Below, in pieces: positions 47,569 through 58,051 of a DNA stretch of 64,000 nucleotides (position 1 is its first letter; each line of letters starts with the position of its first letter). Under the pieces are notes generated by a model. It did no database searches. It was not told the origin of the DNA and was given only the letters and a program-made list of their open reading frames with translations. Origin of the DNA: Candidatus Altimarinota bacterium (lineage in GTDB: Bacteria; Patescibacteriota; Gracilibacteria; UBA4473); NCBI GenBank assembly GCA_965231215.1, contig OZ246423.1, positions 320,001 to 384,000 of the forward strand, written 5' to 3'. A program made the translations under genes and the position numbers.

Positions 47569-49070
47569 TATGATTCAATCCGTTCAATATTAGCCCCTAA
47601 GGTACATAGGTTTTCTACAAAGTTCTCATATCCACGATCTATATAATCAATATTCGTAATTTTGGTAGTTCCCTCCGCGATAAGACCAGCTAAAACCATA
47701 GCCGCCCCAGCCCGAAGATCCCAACTCTGAACCTCTGCCGCTCTGAGCGGAGTGGGGCCGGTAATACGCGCTTGATGTGGATTAAGGGTTTGAATCTTAG
47801 CGCCCATTTTTTCTAACTCCAAAAGGTAAGTAAGACGGTTTTCAAACAACGTTTCAAAAAGCACAGTTTCGCCTTCACACTGAGTCAAAAGGACTCCTAC
47901 AGGACTCTGTAAATCTGTACTAAATCCTGGAAAAATAGCGGTCTGAACCTTGGGGATAGCTTTGAAATGAGCGGTAGGCATAACCTGAAGCTGATTATCT
48001 TTCATTTCAAATTGAGCTCCTAGTCGCTTTAAAATACCGTAAAAAGAAAAAAGTTCTTTATGATCTACATTATCTATCGTCAGATGACCTTTGGTAAGCA
48101 GGGCTGAAATTGCATAGGTTCCAACCAAAAGTCCATCTGAGGGAATTCTAAAATTTCCTCCTTTAAGTTTTTTACTTCCCGTAATAGTGAGATGATGTGT
48201 TCCTATTCCTTCTACTTTTGCTCCCATTTCTTGAAGCATCCGCAGCGTAGCACATACATGAGTTTCAGCCGCAGCAAAGTAAATTTCGGCCGTAGATTCT
48301 TGACCCGCTAAAAACATAGCCAGGTTTTCAGTCCCCGTTACCGAAGCCTCCGAAAGGAGAATTCTATTATTCTCAATCTTTCTTTTTTTAAATTGGGCAC
48401 TAAGTCTTTCCTCTGTTTCTTCAACTTCACATCCCAAAATTTTAAGCCCATCGGTATGAATAAAATTGGGGCGAGCACCAATAACACAGCCCCCCGGACG
48501 AACAATTTCACATTTCCCAAACCGAGTTAAAAGCGGCCCCAGTATAAGGATCGACGCTCGAAATCTTCTCACCTTTTCAGAATGACTCAGCGCTCTTAAA
48601 TCTACCTCTTTGGCCTGGACCTCGACCCTTTTTTGTTCTGGGAAGTATTTCACTTGCACGCCTATTTCTTCAAAAATATCAAGTAAGGCTTGTATATCCG
48701 TAATTTCTGGAACCTCTTCAAAAGTACATTTTTCTGAAGTTAAAAGAGCCGCACAAAGCATTGGCAATGCTGCATTTTTAGCACCACTGACTCGGATATT
48801 ACCATCCAAAACACTTCCTCCTTCTACTTCAAAATAGGCTTTAGGTTTCGCAATTCTCGGCTTTTCATCTCTATTTTCAAACGCAATGAGCTTGTCACCA
48901 CCAAGACGATAAAGTTTTTTTATAACCTCTTCATTCTTTGGCAGACTGGTTCCATCCATCCAATGATGAATTGTCTGACGACTCACTCCTAAAGTTTCAG
49001 CCAGTTCCTTTGGCTTCCAGCGATGGGCTTCCAACCAGTCACGAAAATCCGTTTTAAATGATATCTGCAT
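47568..49070 (-). CDS. murA: UDP-N-acetylglucosamine 1-carboxyvinyltransferase with N-terminal XRE HTH
   Basis: SGAKNAALP, PGGCVIGARP, PGFSTDLQ, DLRAGA, IDRGYE; N-terminal ELAETLGVSRQTIHHW. Confidence 0.93.
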   Translation of the reverse strand: MQISFKTDFRDWLEAHRWKPKELAETLGVSRQTIHHWMDGTSLPKNEEVIKKLYRLGGDKLIAFENRDEKPRIAKPKAYFEVEGGSVLDGNIRVSGAKNAALPMLCAALLTSEKCTFEEVPEITDIQALLDIFEEIGVQVKYFPEQKRVEVQAKEVDLRALSHSEKVRRFRASILILGPLLTRFGKCEIVRPGGCVIGARPNFIHTDGLKILGCEVEETEERLSAQFKKRKIENNRILLSEASVTGTENLAMFLAGQESTAEIYFAAAETHVCATLRMLQEMGAKVEGIGTHHLTITGSKKLKGGNFRIPSDGLLVGTYAISALLTKGHLTIDNVDHKELFSFYGILKRLGAQFEMKDNQLQVMPTAHFKAIPKVQTAIFPGFSTDLQSPVGVLLTQCEGETVLFETLFENRLTYLLELEKMGAKIQTLNPHQARITGPTPLRAAEVQSWDLRAGAAMVLAGLIAEGTTKITNIDYIDRGYENFVENLCTLGANIERIES

Positions 49071-49252
49071 CTAGAGAAATAAATTACAAAATTAAACTAT
49101 AGAGTCAAATTTTTATAAACTTTTTTGTACTTTAAAAAAACAAAAGTAAAATTACACAAAATTTTTTTGACCCAAATCACATCAAACTAAAGACGAACCT
49201 AAACCTCTAGTAGATCTTGAAAAATTAACCAAAACCCCTTCGAAACTCCAAA

Positions 49253-50272
49253 CTATTTACGGAGAAAGGTAACCAAAAAAGCAATTAAATTCTCTAGGTC
49301 CTTTAAGGCGAGTGTTTCATTAACTGTGTGAGCCTTTTTTACATTCGTTCCTAAAAGAAAAGCTTTTTTCCCTCTCTGATTTAAATCATTAGCATCTGAA
49401 ACCCCCCTACTGGCTTTCAAGAACGGCTCCAATCCAATCTGAGTAAAACTTTCAAATATAACTTTCAAAAAATCATCTTTCTCATTATGTTTGTAGGGTT
49501 CACGCACTAAACCTAAAGACAGACTATCAGTTGTTCCTTTGAATTTTTTAAAGCCCCTTTCAACACACTTCAGACTTGTCTCTGAATCTGAAAAAATCTT
49601 AAAACTACCCATCACCTTTAACTGCGTTTTAGTTTCTTTTCGGCTCTCTTCTCTTATATCTATAAATTCTGATTTATTCCAGTCCTCCCAAATTTGAGCA
49701 AAAATTTGAGCGGTCTGTGCACGGTTTCCCTTAATCTCAAGTTCAAATAGACATTTTCCAGGCGCTTGACTCACTACACCCCCCACTGGCAAAAAAGAGT
49801 CTAAAACCAGACCAAAATTTGATTGCAGATTTTTGAGATCAAACGCTTTGATCCCCGTTCCACCAACCTCTTCTCCCGCCGTAAATAGGACTTCTACCTT
49901 AGGGGTAATGTGAAGTTCTTTAATACAAATTTTTAAAGCCATCAGTATAGCACAAATCCCTACCAAATTATCCGCTCCCAAAATAGTTTTCCCATTAGAG
50001 TGGAAAACTCCATCCTCTAGATGAGGGGCTTTATTTTTGGCCGACTCCACCGTGTCTAAATGAGCGCACAAAAAACAAGACTCCAGTCCCGTCTTATTTA
50101 AAGACCAAACATTATTATGTCTATCTTTTTCCGCCTCCACTCCTAAAGCCTCTAAAAAGCCTAAAACCTCACGCACCATAACGGCTTCTTTCCCAGAAGG
50201 GCTATCAATTTTTCCAAGATGTAAAAACAAATCTATACATTCCTGACTTTGCTTTGAGCTGAGATTAAACAT
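49253..50272 (-). CDS. M20 family peptidase (peptidase T-like)
   Basis: AHLDTV, LGADN, GEEVGG, SDAN, AHTVNE. Confidence 0.85.
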   Translation of the reverse strand: MFNLSSKQSQECIDLFLHLGKIDSPSGKEAVMVREVLGFLEALGVEAEKDRHNNVWSLNKTGLESCFLCAHLDTVESAKNKAPHLEDGVFHSNGKTILGADNLVGICAILMALKICIKELHITPKVEVLFTAGEEVGGTGIKAFDLKNLQSNFGLVLDSFLPVGGVVSQAPGKCLFELEIKGNRAQTAQIFAQIWEDWNKSEFIDIREESRKETKTQLKVMGSFKIFSDSETSLKCVERGFKKFKGTTDSLSLGLVREPYKHNEKDDFLKVIFESFTQIGLEPFLKASRGVSDANDLNQRGKKAFLLGTNVKKAHTVNETLALKDLENLIAFLVTFLRK

Positions 50273-50319
50273 GTGATAAAAGTATACCAACAAGCTCCCC
50301 AAATCATAACAGATAAATA

Positions 50320-51258
50320 ATGAAAACTGTCGCCATCTATTTCTCAGATCCTGAGACCTTAGGGTACCCTCTCAATAAAAAATTCTTTTTTGAGAGCTAC
50401 GCTGAAATAATTGAAAAAATGGCCGAACGAGGTGTAAAAACTGTAATTGTAAGAAACGACAGCTACCAAGGAGCCGGCACGTTTGCAAATCATTTTATTT
50501 GGGACGGAACCACCTATCAAAACGCTCAAGCTCCTATAACGGTAGACCTTATATGGAACCGAGACGCAGCTAATACAATCCCCGAAATACAAGACTGCCC
50601 AATGGTTAATCTCAAAGCATTTGATGCAATCTGCAGAGACAAAATGAAAACCTATCAAACCCTTAAAGATTTTTCTTCTCCAACCTTTTTAGTTCAAAGT
50701 TTCGAAGAAGCCAGAACCAAAGTAGCAAAACTTGAAGGTGAGCGCATAGTGCTGAAACCACAGTTTGGAGAACAATCAGAAGGCGTTTATATAATCAAAA
50801 AAGAAGCCCTAGAAGTCTCTTTATATGAAAACTGGAAAAATATTATTGTCCAAGAATTTATAGATTCTTCTGGAGGCATTCCCAACCTCGCTGAAGGAGT
50901 GCATGAGATTAACATCAATATGGTCAATGGAAATTTTGCCGGAGCTCGAATAAAAAATATGCATGAAGGAGTATTTGTCGCGACCGTAACAGGAGCCAAA
51001 GGCGGGTGTGAAGTGCATGGAATCCCCTTCAAAAAAGTACCTAAAGACCTCTGGGAAATAATTAAAAAACTCGATAAAGAGCTAGAAAGATTTAACCCAA
51101 GAATCTATAGAGCTGACTTTGCCAAAGGCACACAAGGGTACAGACTTATAGAAATTAACTCCAGGCCTGGGGTCACCCACCCGGAAAAGGAAGGCGAATT
51201 ATACTGGGATTTTAATGGTCAAATTATAGAATCTTTGATATCATATTTAGATCAATAA
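50320..51258 (+). CDS. ATP-grasp ligase (RimK/GshB-like)
   Basis: DKMKTY, VLKP, IVQEFID, RADF, LIEINSRPG. Confidence 0.85.
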   Translation: MKTVAIYFSDPETLGYPLNKKFFFESYAEIIEKMAERGVKTVIVRNDSYQGAGTFANHFIWDGTTYQNAQAPITVDLIWNRDAANTIPEIQDCPMVNLKAFDAICRDKMKTYQTLKDFSSPTFLVQSFEEARTKVAKLEGERIVLKPQFGEQSEGVYIIKKEALEVSLYENWKNIIVQEFIDSSGGIPNLAEGVHEININMVNGNFAGARIKNMHEGVFVATVTGAKGGCEVHGIPFKKVPKDLWEIIKKLDKELERFNPRIYRADFAKGTQGYRLIEINSRPGVTHPEKEGELYWDFNGQIIESLISYLDQ

Positions 51259-51259
51259 A

Positions 51260-52186
51260 ATGAGTTTAAAAAGAAGCATAATTACCGGCTTAAAACACCT
51301 AATTGTAGGGAAAACACACTTCCCTTCTAATGTGATCATTACCGCTCCCCATGGAAGCTCCAAAATTCCGTTAGCGATATTTCCTCACCTGCAAAGCCAC
51401 TACCAAGTCTCCCCGAGATTACTTTTGAATTATTCTGATTTTGGAACTAAGTATTTAATAGAAGATATTCCAGCCAAACAAAAAGTTATTGCCCCCTACG
51501 GAAGACTTATCGGAGATCCAAATAGAGCCAGAGACTCTGAAGATATTATCAGGTTAAAAGACTTTGGAGGGTTGCCCATCTTCCGTGAAAAATTTGAAAA
51601 AAGACTCACCAAATCTTGGCTGAGAGCTTTCTGGCTTAGAAAACTACTGCTCTATTCATACGAACCCTTCCACTGTGAAGTATTCAATACTATAGAAAGA
51701 GCGGTAAAAGACCCAGAAAATGAAGGAAAACCCATAATTTTGATTGATGTACATGACACTGGAAACCGGATGCTTGGCCCCAGTTGGAGAGAAGACAAAA
51801 CTCGAAAAGGCCTAAAAATGCCGCCAGTAATTCTAGCTAACGCTATGGAGGAAGAAGTTGAAGAAGGACGATTTGGTACCGCTCCGATGCATTTTGTAGA
51901 AGATTTCAGAGAAAAATTAGCCGACAAAATGGAGTTAGACGAAAAAGATATTGAAATCAATAGCCTCTTCAAAGGCAGTCATGTCATCAAATACTACAGC
52001 AACGTTATGAAAAATCGAAGAGTCCGAAAAGTCCTTAATGGAAAAACCATCATTGCCCTCCAGATAGAGTTTAATCGAGATCTGTATTTAGACGAAGTCA
52101 GCCAAAGACCTATCGGCTGGAAACTAAGATCAGTCAAGAACGCCTTTACTGAAACTATCTGCGAAATGTGTAATGATAATATCTAG
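51260..52186 (+). CDS. N-formylglutamate amidohydrolase family protein
   Basis: TAPHGS, DFGT, DPNR, YEPFH, IDVH, LQIEFNRDLYLDE. Confidence 0.82.
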   Translation: MSLKRSIITGLKHLIVGKTHFPSNVIITAPHGSSKIPLAIFPHLQSHYQVSPRLLLNYSDFGTKYLIEDIPAKQKVIAPYGRLIGDPNRARDSEDIIRLKDFGGLPIFREKFEKRLTKSWLRAFWLRKLLLYSYEPFHCEVFNTIERAVKDPENEGKPIILIDVHDTGNRMLGPSWREDKTRKGLKMPPVILANAMEEEVEEGRFGTAPMHFVEDFREKLADKMELDEKDIEINSLFKGSHVIKYYSNVMKNRRVRKVLNGKTIIALQIEFNRDLYLDEVSQRPIGWKLRSVKNAFTETICEMCNDNI

Positions 52187-52728
52187 ACCTTCAGATCTTC
52201 AGAAAGAAGCTCAAACCGTATAGAATCATAAGCTATACCGTTCTTCACATATTGTTTTCTCAAAAGCCCAACCCGCACAAATCCAACCCGCGTTAATAAT
52301 CCTTCTGAAACTGTATTTTGAGCAAAAATTCCAGCAAAAATTTTTCTAAGTTTTAGTGTTTCAAATCCATACTGACACACCGCCGCAAGCATTTCTTTTC
52401 CATATCCCTTACCTCCAAAATCAGGCGCAATCCAAAAACTTAAAAAACAAGAATTTTTCTCTGAATCCTGCTGCAACCACCGAAAATTCCGCATCGTTAT
52501 ACGCCCAATCAATGTGTCGCCCAAAAACACGCCAAAATTAAGGTCTTCTTCTTCTTTGGTAGAAAGGAACTTTCCATGAGCTTCCGCCAGAGATTTCGGG
52601 GGATTCCAAGTCATATTGTCCGATATCTCAGGATTCTTGGTAATCAACTCATAAAGAGTCGGAATATCATGTGTAGTAAGGATTCTTAAATGTAAACGCT
52701 CTGTATCAATAATGGGTCGAGTCATCAT
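52183..52728 (-). CDS. GNAT acetyltransferase (RimJ/RimL-like)
   Basis: TERLHLR, FGGKGYGKE, NTVS..GF..G. Confidence 0.85.
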   Translation of the reverse strand: MMTRPIIDTERLHLRILTTHDIPTLYELITKNPEISDNMTWNPPKSLAEAHGKFLSTKEEEDLNFGVFLGDTLIGRITMRNFRWLQQDSEKNSCFLSFWIAPDFGGKGYGKEMLAAVCQYGFETLKLRKIFAGIFAQNTVSEGLLTRVGFVRVGLLRKQYVKNGIAYDSIRFELLSEDLKV

Positions 52729-52790
52729 TTAGGATTGCCCTTAAATTTTAAAGAACCTCCCTCAAACAACAAATCTAAAAATTTAAAAAT

Positions 52791-53339
52791 TTAGTTCGTA
52801 GCCGCCGCATCTAATACATCATCTACAGCCTTATCTGTTTCTTCCACTTCAGTTTCAGCCGAAGCGGCTTGTTGTTCACTAGACCACCCCAGAATATCCC
52901 AAGCCGATTTAGCCGCTTCCCCCTCTGGACGTTTTTTGTTTGATTCACAAACAATTCCATCCTTATCTCTATCAAGGCCGTGAATATCATTTTCTACACC
53001 TCCACATTCTTCAAATAAGGTTTGAGCTTCTTCTTGGTAGGCAAAATTATCACAGTTAAAGTTGGCTTTTTTCTCACATTCACCAATAAGCCAAGTCCCT
53101 TTATCAGTCTTCGTAATCATAGATTCAGAAACCGAACCCGTTTCCACCAATTTTCCTAAATCCACATCTTTCCCAGCCATTTCCATACCAATTCCGGCTA
53201 GAACTAGCGCCATGAGACCTAAAATCCAGATTCTAAATTTTTCAAAGACAAACCAGCATATCGCTAGAATGACCAAAAGAACCGCAAGTAAGATTAGACG
53301 AGCATTACCGCTTCGTCTCATTTCAGACATTTTTTTCAT
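52791..53339 (-). CDS. Membrane protein with Excalibur Ca-binding domain
   Basis: Two TM helices; NCDNF..QEEAQ..LDRDKDGIVCE. Confidence 0.75.
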   Translation of the reverse strand: MKKMSEMRRSGNARLILLAVLLVILAICWFVFEKFRIWILGLMALVLAGIGMEMAGKDVDLGKLVETGSVSESMITKTDKGTWLIGECEKKANFNCDNFAYQEEAQTLFEECGGVENDIHGLDRDKDGIVCESNKKRPEGEAAKSAWDILGWSSEQQAASAETEVEETDKAVDDVLDAAATN

Positions 53340-53418
53340 TGTAAAAATAATTAAGGGCAATGCTAATCCTATGTTATTTTATAGGTTTGTCAAACATGAG
53401 AGTTAGTACCAAAATTGA

Positions 53419-55212
53419 CTACTTAGCTCGTTTGCGTTCGTGTTCTTTCAGGAATTTTTTCCGAAGGCGAATATTTTCGGGCGTGACCTCTACATATTCA
53501 TCCTCTTTGATGTATTCCAGAGCGGTTTCTAGCGTTACATAGATTGGTGGGATCAGATTGATCGCATCATCAGCCCCGGATGAACGTACGTTTGTAAGTT
53601 GTTTCCCTTTAGTCGCATTTACCGTGAGATCAGAACCCTGGTTGTGTTCTCCGATGATCATGCCCTCATAGATTTTGGTCGCCGGATCGATAAAGATGGG
53701 GCCCCTTTCCTGTAACTTCCACAGGGAATAGGCAATAGCTTCACCGGTTTCCCCAGAAATAAGAGAGCCTACCTGTCGTCTTTCAATAGCCCCCATGTGC
53801 GGAGCAAAGTGTGAAAATGAGGCAAAAAGTGTCCCCTCTCCCTTAGTGTGGATAATAAAATTTGATCGAATTCCGAGTAACCCTCGCGCTGGCATTTCAA
53901 ATTCCAAAAGAGTATTGCCATTCTCTGAAGTCATATTTTTCATCTCTCCTTTTCGTTTTCCCATCATTTCAATGATTCGCCCAGACATTTCATCCGGTAC
54001 ATTAATTACTACGTTTTCAATTGGCTCTTGAGTCACTCCATCTATCTCTTGCATGACTACTTCTGGTTGGGAAACTTGTAGTTCAAATCCTTCACGTCTC
54101 ATAGTTTCAATCAGTACCGCCAAATGCATTTCTCCTCGCCCAAGCACTTTAAATTTGTCTGAATTTTCTGGGAATTCAATCTTGAGCCCTACATTGGTCT
54201 CTAATTCTTTTTCGAGGCGATCCCGGATCTGCCGAGAGGTCACCAATTTTCCTTCTTGCCCAGCAAATGGAGAGTCATTCACCATAAAATACATCGCCAA
54301 ACTTGGCGGATCTACAGTGATAGCCGGCAGGGGTTCTCCTTCGGAGTTTGAAGTAATAGTTTCGCCTACAAAGATATCTTCAATCCCCGCGATAGCCACA
54401 ATGTCTCCAGCGGTCGCTGATTCTGCTTCTACTCGCTGCATTCCCTGGAAGGTGAAAATTTTAGAAATCTTTCCAGATCGTTTGGTTCCGTCAGGTTTGA
54501 GCACGGTTACAGACTGATTTACTTTAGCGGTTCCAGAATGTACTCGTCCCACCGCAATACGCCCAAGGAAGTTATCATACGCGAGCGTCGCCGGCTGCAT
54601 AGCAAAATCTGCATCTAGGTTTTGCTGTGCCGTAGGCACATTATCAATAATAAAGTCTAGAAGTGGTGTAATATCTTTCTTTTCATCGTTGAGCTCTTTC
54701 ACTGCAATTCCATCCCGAGCAATCGCGTACATGTAGGGGAAATCCAGTTGTTCATCTGTCGCCCCAAGCTTCACAAATAGATCAAAAACTTGATCCACTA
54801 CCCAGTCTGGACGAGCGGCTGGTTTATCAATTTTATTAATCACCACCACTACCTGTTTTCCCAATTCTAATGATTTTTTCAACACAAATTTAGTCTGCGG
54901 CATAGGCCCTTCATACGCATCTACGACTAACACCGTGGTTTCTACGGTTCTCAGTACCCGTTCTACTTCCGATCCAAAATCAGCATGTCCAGGAGTATCT
55001 ACAATATTGATCTTTGTCCCTTTGTATTCAATAGCTGCGTTTTTGGCATAGATGGTGATCCCTCGCTCTTTTTCCTGATCGTTTGAATCCATCGCTCGTT
55101 CTTCAATTTGTGAATGCGCATCTTTCTTTTCATCAGCTTTAAGCAGCGCGTCTACAAGTGTGGTTTTCCCGTGATCTACATGAGCAATGATGGCGATGTT
55201 TCTGATATCCAT
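53419..55212 (-). CDS. typA: Translational GTPase TypA/BipA
   Basis: [43 protein letters not shown]. Confidence 0.97.
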   Translation of the reverse strand: MDIRNIAIIAHVDHGKTTLVDALLKADEKKDAHSQIEERAMDSNDQEKERGITIYAKNAAIEYKGTKINIVDTPGHADFGSEVERVLRTVETTVLVVDAYEGPMPQTKFVLKKSLELGKQVVVVINKIDKPAARPDWVVDQVFDLFVKLGATDEQLDFPYMYAIARDGIAVKELNDEKKDITPLLDFIIDNVPTAQQNLDADFAMQPATLAYDNFLGRIAVGRVHSGTAKVNQSVTVLKPDGTKRSGKISKIFTFQGMQRVEAESATAGDIVAIAGIEDIFVGETITSNSEGEPLPAITVDPPSLAMYFMVNDSPFAGQEGKLVTSRQIRDRLEKELETNVGLKIEFPENSDKFKVLGRGEMHLAVLIETMRREGFELQVSQPEVVMQEIDGVTQEPIENVVINVPDEMSGRIIEMMGKRKGEMKNMTSENGNTLLEFEMPARGLLGIRSNFIIHTKGEGTLFASFSHFAPHMGAIERRQVGSLISGETGEAIAYSLWKLQERGPIFIDPATKIYEGMIIGEHNQGSDLTVNATKGKQLTNVRSSGADDAINLIPPIYVTLETALEYIKEDEYVEVTPENIRLRKKFLKEHERKRAK

Positions 55213-55393
55213 AAGTTAAGTTTTTTAGCGTCCAGACTTATACGAACCCATTATATAAAAAGAAGATGACTTTGGCTGTTAAATCCTAGAAAAAATTTGG
55301 CATTAAACTCGCCAAGTCCAGACTCAAAAAACAGCAAACTAAAATTCTAACAGTTTCTACTAGGATTCCAAGGGAAGTCAAATATGAAGCCTC

Positions 55394-56524
55394 CTAAACT
55401 AAACTCTTTTTAAGATCCGTATAAAGCTGAGTGTGCCCAGAACTTCCGGGTTTATAATTATCCGGAGTGAAGTATTCGTCCCTCTGTTCACATTTATCAA
55501 ATACCTCGGCCAGAAATACATCTGATTCAATTATATCACCATAAGTATAGTGTTCATGTTTTTCGATTAGATAAGGATAAGCCTCTCTAAAAAATTTCAT
55601 GAGCCCTATAAACCCTGTGGATTTATTAAGTATATTCCCTTCTTTATGTTCATCCCAAGCCGACCACCTCCTACGAACCGCATCAAAATAATGCCAAAAA
55701 ATAACAGCAATATCATCATCTTTATCATTTATAAACAATGATCGTAAAAAATATTTATCAATTTTCTTCTTATCAGAATACGCCTCAATTTTTTTACCTC
55801 TTCTCATGAGATCTCTGTCTATAACAGGATTATCAGAGATAAACAACAAGAGGTTCTCAACAAACGTAGCCTGAGTAATAGTTTGTGTTTTTGATTTATT
55901 ACTCGCAACTCCAAGTATCTTAATTTTATCATAAAAAGGACTTTCTTTCATAAAATTCAATTCTCGAACAATCATATGGCAACTCTTCTGCGGACTACGG
56001 GTTCTTGCATAGGCAAACAAGTCATATACTAAAGATTTATTTACTTTCGTTTGAGCCTTGTTAATAGTAGCAAAAGTCATTGCCTGATCTTCAATATCCA
56101 TATCAATAAAAATGGTGACACTTAATTGAAACTTTTTCTTAAACATCTGACCAAAGCCTTCTTTTAGGCCCATTACTCTATGCTGGCCATCTATTATATT
56201 GGCCACATCTTTCCCCTTTCTAATTTTTAAAACCTTAGATTTTTCATCATAAAAAGCATCCTCAGAGCTAATAGCCAATATTATACTTGTAGGAAATGTA
56301 GCATCATCCAAGTTAACGTACTCTGCAATATCCTTAACACGTTTCTGAGAAAGCTTTCTTTGTATCCCTAAATAAGTTTGCATCTCACTCTTTCCTTCGT
56401 CCTTAATTCTTCTAACATCCGCCGAAGCAATTTCCTCAAGAATATCCCAATCAATTATCCCAATATAATACTTTCCTATTGGTTGTTCAAGTTCTAGACA
56501 GTCGCAATCGATAAATGTACTCAT
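55394..56524 (-). CDS. DGQHR domain (DndB/ParB-like) protein
   Basis: GIQR, FPTSIILA, IIDGQHR, FATINKAQ. Confidence 0.88.
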   Translation of the reverse strand: MSTFIDCDCLELEQPIGKYYIGIIDWDILEEIASADVRRIKDEGKSEMQTYLGIQRKLSQKRVKDIAEYVNLDDATFPTSIILAISSEDAFYDEKSKVLKIRKGKDVANIIDGQHRVMGLKEGFGQMFKKKFQLSVTIFIDMDIEDQAMTFATINKAQTKVNKSLVYDLFAYARTRSPQKSCHMIVRELNFMKESPFYDKIKILGVASNKSKTQTITQATFVENLLLFISDNPVIDRDLMRRGKKIEAYSDKKKIDKYFLRSLFINDKDDDIAVIFWHYFDAVRRRWSAWDEHKEGNILNKSTGFIGLMKFFREAYPYLIEKHEHYTYGDIIESDVFLAEVFDKCEQRDEYFTPDNYKPGSSGHTQLYTDLKKSLV

Positions 56525-56536
56525 GTTGTATTAAAA

Positions 56537-57028
56537 CTATTTAGATTTCTGTGTCTTTTTAATTATCGCCTGTTTTAACCTTTTTCTATCTTGTTGTTCT
56601 TCTTCAAGAGGGGAAGTGCTTCTATAAAGCTCTTCTATAAAAGTACAGATAAAACTCAACCCTACACCAACTAGTAAAAAGAAAATAGATAATGTTTGAA
56701 AGTTTTCATGATTAAAACCATCCCCTCTAAATTCCCTTGAATATAAACTATAAAAGGAAGTGGCTCCTACAATTGAGAATAGTATCAGTATATAAAGAAT
56801 GCTCCTTTCAAAAAGCCGAAAATAGGCAAGACTAGCCGAGAGAAGCCCTATAGAATAAAGGAAAAATTGACCATCATTCCAAAGATAATTTAAAGAAATA
56901 TCATCATTAACAAAAACTATTCCCGAAGCAATAAACATGGGAAGCAAGACAAAACCAGTATTAACCAACCACTTAGCAACAAAGCTTCTTAAAATCTCAA
57001 GCGCCTCTCCAACATCAAAACTAAACAT
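56537..57028 (-). CDS. Four-TM hypothetical membrane protein
   Basis: Four hydrophobic segments and a charged tail; overlaps the dam stop. Confidence 0.7.
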   Translation of the reverse strand: MFSFDVGEALEILRSFVAKWLVNTGFVLLPMFIASGIVFVNDDISLNYLWNDGQFFLYSIGLLSASLAYFRLFERSILYILILFSIVGATSFYSLYSREFRGDGFNHENFQTLSIFFLLVGVGLSFICTFIEELYRSTSPLEEEQQDRKRLKQAIIKKTQKSK

Positions 57029-57995
57029 AATTCCTAATTAGTAATTCTCCCACTTTTTTTCGTGAAATCCCTTTTGAAGCTACAAATCTACGTCCATAAA
57101 TCTCGTCAAACCTGACTTTTAAACAGTCTTTATAAATGGAACGAATAAAGGGAACATCCGAATTAGACAACATCACAAAACACCCTCTATCAGTTAATTC
57201 CACAAACATATCTCGAACTTTTATATGATCTTCATCATTAAAACAGTCTTTTGTATATTTTGTAAAATTTGCCGTTCTTTTACACATAGGATAGTAAGGA
57301 GAATCCAAATAAACAAAATCTCCTTTAACGGCGTGTTTTAGCACTTTCTCATAACCCCCACAGCGTATAGTTTTCCCTTTTAGGGCTTCATGGGCATTCC
57401 AAATGTTTTCTTCATCACAGATTTTAGGATCTTTGTAATGGGCGTAAGGCACATTAAATTCTCCTTTACGGTTAACCCGGTGAATACCATTAAAACAAGT
57501 CCTATTAAGATAAATAAATCTCGCCGCTTTTTCTACCGCCCCAAGAGCTTTCGTATCGATAGATCGGGTATCATAATAATAGTCTTTTGAGTCCTTAATT
57601 TTGTGCTCCTTCAAAAGTTTAATCAGTTTTTTGGGATTCTTTTGTACAACCTTATAAGTGGCTATTAATTCAGGATTTAGATCTGAAATTACAGCTTTCT
57701 GAGGTTGTAAATCAAAAAAAATAGCCCCGCCCCCAAGAAAAGGTTCAAAGTAAGTATTTTTAGTTGAATCAAACTGTACTCCTTCTTTTGGATAAAAATC
57801 ATGAAATTTTTTAACAAAACGCCCTTTACCTCCAACCCATTTTAAAAACGGTTTTGCTTTATAGGAACCTCGCATCTTGATTACTTCTATCTGTTGTTCA
57901 AGCTCACTTTGATCATATACAGAAAAATCACTTAGCAAGCCCCTAACCGCAATTGGATGACGATCCAAGGAAGCAACTAAAAATTCTAAACTCAT
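57021..57995 (-). CDS. dam: Dam-family (D12 class) adenine methyltransferase
   Basis: KPFLKWVGGK, YFEPFLGGGA, YLNRTCFNG..R.N..FNVP; motif IV reads DSPY instead of DPPY. Confidence 0.85.
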   Translation of the reverse strand: MSLEFLVASLDRHPIAVRGLLSDFSVYDQSELEQQIEVIKMRGSYKAKPFLKWVGGKGRFVKKFHDFYPKEGVQFDSTKNTYFEPFLGGGAIFFDLQPQKAVISDLNPELIATYKVVQKNPKKLIKLLKEHKIKDSKDYYYDTRSIDTKALGAVEKAARFIYLNRTCFNGIHRVNRKGEFNVPYAHYKDPKICDEENIWNAHEALKGKTIRCGGYEKVLKHAVKGDFVYLDSPYYPMCKRTANFTKYTKDCFNDEDHIKVRDMFVELTDRGCFVMLSNSDVPFIRSIYKDCLKVRFDEIYGRRFVASKGISRKKVGELLIRNYV

Positions 57996-58051
57996 TTTTA
58001 TATAACCTAATTCTAAATTTTATAGAGACAAAAACCAAACTTAACTCAAAA

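Noticed and set aside
55394-56524. Phosphorothioate (dnd) or 7-deazaguanine (dpd) system
   Set aside because: No dndC/D/E or dpdA/C partners in the window.
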